Below, piece after piece: positions 58,802 to 64,000 of a stretch of 64,000 nt of DNA. Made by a program: the position numbers and the translations under genes. Source of the DNA: Candidatus Micrarchaeota archaeon (lineage in GTDB: Archaea; Micrarchaeota; Micrarchaeia; Anstonellales; Bilamarchaeaceae); NCBI GenBank assembly GCA_964434735.1, contig CAYSWK010000002.1:634-64633 (forward strand), read 5' to 3'. The notes beneath the pieces were generated by a model. The model did no database searches. It was not told where the DNA came from and saw only the letters and a list, made by a program, of their open reading frames with translations. Position 1 is the first letter of the stretch; the number at the start of each line of letters is the position of its first letter.

Positions 58802-59797
58802 TTATCTAACAAATCTTTTTACCAAACGATTAACCAATTCCCTAAAATACGGCCCGTCAAGCTCAAGCTTTCCGTCAACAAATGCTTTTCGCGCAAGCGT
58901 ACGCGCTTTTGATTCGTCTTCGCAAATAGATTCAATGGCGTTTTGCCACTTCAACGTGTCAAATGAGTCAATGACCCAGCCCTTAGGAAGATAATCTGAC
59001 GTACCTGCTAAAGAGGTAGTAACTACAGGGGTGCCGCAGGATAATGCCTCAAGAACGCAATACCCGATAGGGTCGGCTTCGCTTGGAAGAAGAAGCATGC
59101 GCGCGGTTGCATACAACTCAAGAAGTTTTTCATACGGGAGCTTCTCATACACTGTAACGTTTGGAAGCGACTTTGCGTCGCGCATTATCTGTTCATACAA
59201 TGAAGAATCGCCCGGGGGTTTTGTTGCAACGATTACGAACTGCTGGGAAGGAATTTGTTTTGCAAGCGAAACGATAACCTCGGGGTGTTTTATATCAACA
59301 AGGCGCGCAACATACAGAATGTGCTTTCCCTTTTGGTAGGAAAAACGTTTAGGAAGAAAACAAGGAACGTAAAACGTCTCAAACCCTTTTGACTCGAGGA
59401 ACTTTTGAACGCGCGGAATATGCGCAATGAACGGCTGGCCCTTAAGGAGCATACCAAGCGTAGAAAACGCAAGCCGCTTATGGCTTTTCTCACCCCAAGA
59501 CTCCTCGCAAATGAATGACTTAATTCCCTTCAATGAATAGGAAAACCCTTGTGCGCTTAAAAAAATACTGCGAGCGATAATAATATCTTCCTTTGACGGA
59601 CGAATTTCCTTTCCCTTATGCATGATCCTAAAACGATGAAGGTATTTTTTGCTTGCAAACGTAAGCGCCCGATGGTAATTTTCATCAATATCGTCAGCAC
59701 GTATATACTCTGCATTCGTTTTCCTTGCAACCTCCTCAAACAAGGAATGCAACCCGTCATACACCGGATGCTTGAAAAGAGTGTTGATTATGCGCAT
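58802..59797 (-). CDS. glycosyltransferase group 1
   Basis: C-terminal LLLPSEADPIGYCVLEALSCGTPVVTT GT-B nucleotide-sugar binding motif. Confidence 0.6.
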   Translation of the reverse strand: MRIINTLFKHPVYDGLHSLFEEVARKTNAEYIRADDIDENYHRALTFASKKYLHRFRIMHKGKEIRPSKEDIIIARSIFLSAQGFSYSLKGIKSFICEESWGEKSHKRLAFSTLGMLLKGQPFIAHIPRVQKFLESKGFETFYVPCFLPKRFSYQKGKHILYVARLVDIKHPEVIVSLAKQIPSQQFVIVATKPPGDSSLYEQIMRDAKSLPNVTVYEKLPYEKLLELYATARMLLLPSEADPIGYCVLEALSCGTPVVTTSLAGTSDYLPKGWVIDSFDTLKWQNAIESICEDESKARTLARKAFVDGKLELDGPYFRELVNRLVKRFVR

Positions 59798-59808
59798 AAT
59801 GATCAGTT

Positions 59809-60153
59809 TTATGGTTGAGTTCGAAGCCGAATTCTCTTTTCCTTCCCATCAATTTCAGCAACCGAAATAATCATGGAATCGGTATCGTGCACCGTAAATG
59901 AATCATTTTTTTTAACAACATACGTTTTTTCTTCTTGAATTTTTCCAAGAGGAGGTTTGATTGTACCTTCACGTACTGCCTCGGCCCACTCTTTAGTGTA
60001 TTCATGCCATGCAATACTAAGTGTCGCAGTCATGCCGGATATGCCCTTAAGACATATACGCAAACGGACCTGTCCAAAATAACCGCATTCCCCTTCCTTA
60101 AGGGATAATTCCGTATAACGCCCATCATGTGCAATCCTACTTGACCCATTCAT
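59809..60153 (-). CDS. hypothetical protein
   Basis: 114-aa ORF overlapping downstream epimerase start. Confidence 0.3.
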   Translation of the reverse strand: MNGSSRIAHDGRYTELSLKEGECGYFGQVRLRICLKGISGMTATLSIAWHEYTKEWAEAVREGTIKPPLGKIQEEKTYVVKKNDSFTVHDTDSMIISVAEIDGKEKRIRLRTQP

Positions 60154-61090
60154 AGTATTTTTTCAACCCTTCATCGATCCCGATTTTTGGGCTCCATCCA
60201 AGCTCTTTCTTGGCTTTTGAAAAGTCCGCCTGAGTATGATCAACATCCCCTTGCACTGAATCTGCATAGGTTATTTTGGATCTTGATCCGGTGATTCGAA
60301 TTATTTTTTGAGCAAGTTCCTTAATGGTAATGGTCTCCTTTGCGCCGATATTATATACATTACTTGAACAGTCCCGTTTAAGCGCAAGAAGAAGCGAATC
60401 AACAACATCATCAACGTATGTGAACGACCTCGATTTGCTGCCGTCCCCAAGTATGAGAATATCCTCGTTTTTCATCGCTTTTTGAAAGAAAATATTAACG
60501 GCCAAATCGGGGCGTACGCGCGGGCCGTACACGGTGAAATACCGAAATGAAGGAATGGACATTCCATACGACTGTGAATACGTACGTGCAAGGTACTCGC
60601 ACGCAACCTTGCTTACGGCATACGGGGAAATGGGGGCATAGGGGGTGTCTTCAGTAGTAGGAAGTTTTTTTGCGTTCCCCACAACCGATGAGGATGAAGC
60701 AAAGTAAACACGCTTGATTCCGCCTGCACGAGCCGCCTCAAACACGTTTGTAGTTCCTACGACGTTTACGTCCATCGTCTTTACCGGTTCCTTCATGGAA
60801 ATACGAACGCCCGCTTGGGCGGCCTGATGGAATACGACATCAACGTCATGCATTGCCTTACGAACCGTTTCCTTATCACGGATATCCCCTTCAAGAAGTT
60901 CACATTGCTTATTTTTGAGTGCCTCCTTAAGATTGCCCTTTTTGATCGATGGGGCATAATAAATGTCAAGATTATCAAGAACCCGAACCTGGTGGCCTTC
61001 GCCCAAAAGACGGTCGACAAGGTGCGAGCCGATAAATCCAGCGCCTCCTGTTACCAAGATATTCATAAGTGAACTGTACCCAAGAACCAT
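60137..61090 (-). CDS. NAD-dependent nucleotide-sugar epimerase/dehydratase (GalE-like)
   Basis: MNILVTGGAGFIGSHLV Rossmann motif, YxxxK (YAVSKVACE). Confidence 0.85.
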   Translation of the reverse strand: MVLGYSSLMNILVTGGAGFIGSHLVDRLLGEGHQVRVLDNLDIYYAPSIKKGNLKEALKNKQCELLEGDIRDKETVRKAMHDVDVVFHQAAQAGVRISMKEPVKTMDVNVVGTTNVFEAARAGGIKRVYFASSSSVVGNAKKLPTTEDTPYAPISPYAVSKVACEYLARTYSQSYGMSIPSFRYFTVYGPRVRPDLAVNIFFQKAMKNEDILILGDGSKSRSFTYVDDVVDSLLLALKRDCSSNVYNIGAKETITIKELAQKIIRITGSRSKITYADSVQGDVDHTQADFSKAKKELGWSPKIGIDEGLKKYYEWVK

Positions 61091-61119
61091 TTAAAACATG
61101 TTTATTACCTATTCGATTT

Positions 61120-62919
61120 ATGGAATTGCCGTTTCGTATGGAAAAAGGACTCATTGCGATACTCATCGTATCCTTAGTATATATGGGAATAAGCGGTTCC
61201 TTCCTTTCTACATTCAACGGCCTACCCTCACCGCTTTTTGGAGGGGACTACTACTACCAGCTTGGGCAAATATACCACATGTATGAATCAGATTTTGTTT
61301 CATGGTTTGGCACAAGCAACGGAATCGGCACGCTTCCGGCATATCTTCCCGTGTATGGGGTATTCGTAACGATCATCGGAAAAATTGCGTTCCTCAAGCC
61401 CTTGGAAGCCATGCTTTGGGCGAATATGGTTTTCATACCCCTTTCACTCATACTTTTCTATAAACTGCTTCGCGAACTTTTTGATGAATGGACTGCCGTT
61501 TTTTCAATCGTTATCGGAATATGGGCATACCTTTTTCCCCTTTTCAAATACACGGAATTCGCAAAACTAGTTATAGTGCCCTTATTTCTTTGGATGATGA
61601 TCCGATTTTACAAGGAAAAAACAACGAAAAATGCGGCGTTATTTGGAATTTCGTTTGGCCTGCTTGCAATTTCACATACAACGGGTCTTGTTTTTGCAAG
61701 TGCGGTTTTAGCAGTTACAACCCTCTATGAATTGTATCCCCTCTACTCAAAAAAACTTCCCTCTTTAAACAAGTTAGTCGAAGAAAACAAGTCCCTTCTC
61801 GTAATGATGGGGATTGGAGCGTTGGTTTCGCTCATCTACTGGTTTACTCCTCTTTTCACGTATCACCTTTCTTCAGGATTAAAAAGTTATATATGGAGTT
61901 TCTTGCCCAATCAAATATACGTAGGAATTGATCCTATCTTATGGCAAATTCTAGACTTTGGAAGCATACGAGGAATACTCTTTGGCTTGGGAATGATCGC
62001 GGGGGCATTCTGTATTATACAAAATAGAATTCAGGAAAAGCAATACCATCTCCCTCTCATGGTTTGGGGAACCGCAATGATTCTGGTTTATTCTGCATAC
62101 ATTACTATGCCGCTCTTGAACCTTCACTTTGCGCCGGGGTATATATACGATATGTATGTGCTTCCCTCCTGCCTTTTCATCATCGGAATTGGGCTTACGA
62201 ACATTTTCACGGCTCTCGATGCCCAAAAACGTAAAACGGCAGGAATGGTACTTCTTGCAATCCTTATCATGACAAGCACCTTTGTGTCATATGATTCTTG
62301 GCTCAACAGGGACAGTTTCAAAAATGCACGAAACGGAATTCCGCCTGTGTATATAAGCCTACAAGCGGCCCTTCTTAAAAATACGAATGTAAACGACGTT
62401 ATCCTTACGACAAATGAACATAGTTTCATGGTCAATGCCTTGAGTGGACGTAAGGTTCTTGTTTCAAGACGGGCCCATAACGATGCGTTTACGCAAGATT
62501 TCGATGACCGACAACGAGATGCTGCAATCATATTATATGGAAAAAATACTCAGCAAAAACAAGAATTGCTCAATAAATACTCCGTAGACTACGTATACAT
62601 TGATAGTGGCTGGGGTTCTTTTGAATTCAGCCCAAACGGGCCTAATGATCCGCTTATGGTTTTTGATACGCCCCAAATGCGCAAAGATTTTGCAGACGCG
62701 GGCGTAATGGTTGCACCTCTCTATTGGTATGTGGACCCCTCAGTACGCGCAAGCGGGGTGAAAATGTATGACCTGCTCATCGTTTCACCTGAAAATTATG
62801 AGGAAACAGGAAAAGGCCTTTGGGAAAACGGAATAGACTCGCTTCTCACGCCTGTTTGGACGTATGAGCAAAACGGGCAAACTCTTGCAGTACTGTACAA
62901 AGTAAATTCCAAAAACTAA
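61120..62919 (+). CDS. large polytopic membrane protein (possible glycosyltransferase-C/ArnT/PMT-like)
   Basis: ~12 N-terminal TM helices then soluble C-terminal domain; located in glycosylation gene cluster; start set to ATG 61120. Confidence 0.35.
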   Translation: MELPFRMEKGLIAILIVSLVYMGISGSFLSTFNGLPSPLFGGDYYYQLGQIYHMYESDFVSWFGTSNGIGTLPAYLPVYGVFVTIIGKIAFLKPLEAMLWANMVFIPLSLILFYKLLRELFDEWTAVFSIVIGIWAYLFPLFKYTEFAKLVIVPLFLWMMIRFYKEKTTKNAALFGISFGLLAISHTTGLVFASAVLAVTTLYELYPLYSKKLPSLNKLVEENKSLLVMMGIGALVSLIYWFTPLFTYHLSSGLKSYIWSFLPNQIYVGIDPILWQILDFGSIRGILFGLGMIAGAFCIIQNRIQEKQYHLPLMVWGTAMILVYSAYITMPLLNLHFAPGYIYDMYVLPSCLFIIGIGLTNIFTALDAQKRKTAGMVLLAILIMTSTFVSYDSWLNRDSFKNARNGIPPVYISLQAALLKNTNVNDVILTTNEHSFMVNALSGRKVLVSRRAHNDAFTQDFDDRQRDAAIILYGKNTQQKQELLNKYSVDYVYIDSGWGSFEFSPNGPNDPLMVFDTPQMRKDFADAGVMVAPLYWYVDPSVRASGVKMYDLLIVSPENYEETGKGLWENGIDSLLTPVWTYEQNGQTLAVLYKVNSKN

Positions 62920-62972
62920 ATTCCAAGAAAGCAGTGAATAAAAAGGTTTAGAATTACACTTAGTAGTATTTA

Positions 62973-63257
62973 TTGGTGAAATCAATGGCAAAAGTAGTAG
63001 TCAAAAATGACAGCGTAACAGTCGATGTTCCGGATGGATCACTTCTTGCAGAAATAGATGGAAAGGCCTCCGTACTTTTTGCATGCAAAAGCGGCACCTG
63101 CGGATCGTGCTTGGTAAAGGTAGTTGAAGGAATGAACAACCTTGAAGCACCTAACGACATTGAAGCGGTCGGCCTTCAGGCATTCGGCTCAGATCCTGCA
63201 CACCGGCTTATGTGCCAGGCAAAAATAAAGAAAGGATCCATTACCGTCGAATATTAA
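62973..63257 (+). CDS. 2Fe-2S ferredoxin-like protein
   Basis: CKSGTCGSCLVKV ... MCQAKI four-Cys pattern of plant-type ferredoxin fold. Confidence 0.55.
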   Translation: MVKSMAKVVVKNDSVTVDVPDGSLLAEIDGKASVLFACKSGTCGSCLVKVVEGMNNLEAPNDIEAVGLQAFGSDPAHRLMCQAKIKKGSITVEY

Positions 63258-63297
63258 TGTATTTTATCATTTTTCTTTTTAAAAATAAAAACAAAAA

Positions 63298-63546
63298 TTA
63301 CGTCAAAAGCGTACTTGAGGTTTCACGGATTCGTGTTGCGGCAAAGCTTATTGCGGCTACGACAACACCGCCTACAAAAAGCCCAATTGCGATTGTTTGC
63401 CACTTACCGCGATTTTCAGGCGTTTGGGTAAAAGAAAGACCATATACAATTCCTGAAAGAATAATGAGAATAACTGAGATGGTTGGAGCAAGCGTTTCAA
63501 GAAGCCCTTGTATGTTCGAAAGCACAACCTCAATGCCAAGTGCCAT
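63298..63546 (-). CDS. small membrane protein
   Basis: 82 aa, two hydrophobic helices. Confidence 0.3.
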   Translation of the reverse strand: MALGIEVVLSNIQGLLETLAPTISVILIILSGIVYGLSFTQTPENRGKWQTIAIGLFVGGVVVAAISFAATRIRETSSTLLT

Positions 63547-63599
63547 AACTACAGTTGACGACTAAGGTTTATAACTGTTTTCAGAAGACTCCTAAAAGC

Positions 63600-63980
63600 T
63601 TACTTTACAACAACGGTCGCTTTTGCTGGTTTCCCGGGTAACGTTACGTAATACGTGCCTGCTGCAAGTGATTGCTCAAACGACTCCCCGGGTTTAAGGT
63701 ATTTTGAAACAATATGGGCACCCGTTTTCGAACTAATTCGAACCGTATATGCCTTTTGCCCCTCATTTGTAAGCACAAGAGGCTGGTCTGTTGCACTGGT
63801 TATTTGAGCGGGCTTAAGCGTATCCGAACCGATCATAAGGGTAGACTGGCTTCCTTGAGGATACTGCGCTTGCACTTCAAAAGAAACAGATTTGAAAAGT
63901 TTTGGTTCGTAGGAAGTAAAATCATTATTGACAAATTCAACCGTAAGGGTGTGTTTTCCGGTTTTAAGGTTTTCAAACAA
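63600..63980 (-). CDS. hypothetical beta-rich protein (possibly truncated at window end)
   Basis: ORF reaches near window edge. Confidence 0.25.
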   Translation of the reverse strand: MFENLKTGKHTLTVEFVNNDFTSYEPKLFKSVSFEVQAQYPQGSQSTLMIGSDTLKPAQITSATDQPLVLTNEGQKAYTVRISSKTGAHIVSKYLKPGESFEQSLAAGTYYVTLPGKPAKATVVVK

Positions 63981-64000
63981 GTACGCACGTTCCTTCGTAT

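Overview
This 64-kb window reads as an archaeal chromosomal segment with roughly mid-40s % GC. The supporting evidence is a FEN-1 gene, a Hef-type helicase, a FlaI/FlaJ/FlaH-like type-IV-filament machinery, a pyruvoyl arginine decarboxylase, an intron-containing tRNA-Leu, TATA-box promoters, and many pilin-like proteins whose signal peptides have the KG/RG-Q motif of the DUF361/EppA-substrate type. Genes are densely packed, and many adjacent genes overlap or abut, which suggests operons.

Recognisable housekeeping genes:
- DNA replication and repair: FEN-1, a Hef-like helicase and a NurA-like nuclease.
- Nitrogen and nucleotide metabolism: glutamine synthetase, asparagine synthase, PurE and adenosine deaminase.
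- Cofactor and RNA modification: PdxT, PdaD, a NOL1/NOP2/Sun RNA m5C methyltransferase, a PUA-domain protein and an Mtq2/HemK-like methyltransferase.
- Proteases: an M24 peptidase, an M23-like peptidase and a secreted HExxH zinc-metalloprotease-like lipoprotein.
- A cell-surface glycosylation cluster: two glycosyltransferases, a GlmU-like nucleotidyltransferase, a NAD-dependent epimerase and a large polytopic membrane protein.

Accessory content:
- There are two separate type-IV-filament assembly loci. One is a FlaI-like ATPase with a FlaJ-like membrane protein at 11.4-14.2 kb. The other, at 27.4-34.5 kb, has a FlaI-like ATPase, two FlaJ-like proteins, a divergently transcribed FlaH/KaiC-like ATPase and a 674-aa giant pilin-like protein.
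- A cluster of at least five small pilin-like genes lies at 21-26 kb.
- The most unusual segment is 34.5-44.1 kb, which carries four large same-strand ORFan proteins of 456, 1150, 978 and 582 aa. The last two are tandem paralogs. They share a duplicated TATA promoter, the same N-terminal 25 residues, a single transmembrane helix and the same C-terminal 4-Cys module. I could recognise no known domain in any of the four.
- The 660-bp divergent intergenic region at 31.07-31.73 kb is packed with repeats. GCAAGAG/CTCTTGC occurs six times, and there are tandem 30-mers and tRNA-like acceptor/D-arm and T-arm fragments. Two of its motifs recur at 48.85-49.0 kb, next to an intron-containing tRNA-Leu(UAA).

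No CRISPR array, rRNA or obvious transposase or integrase was seen. A 59-aa stand-alone Hin/resolvase-type HTH ORF lies at 52.27-52.45 kb.
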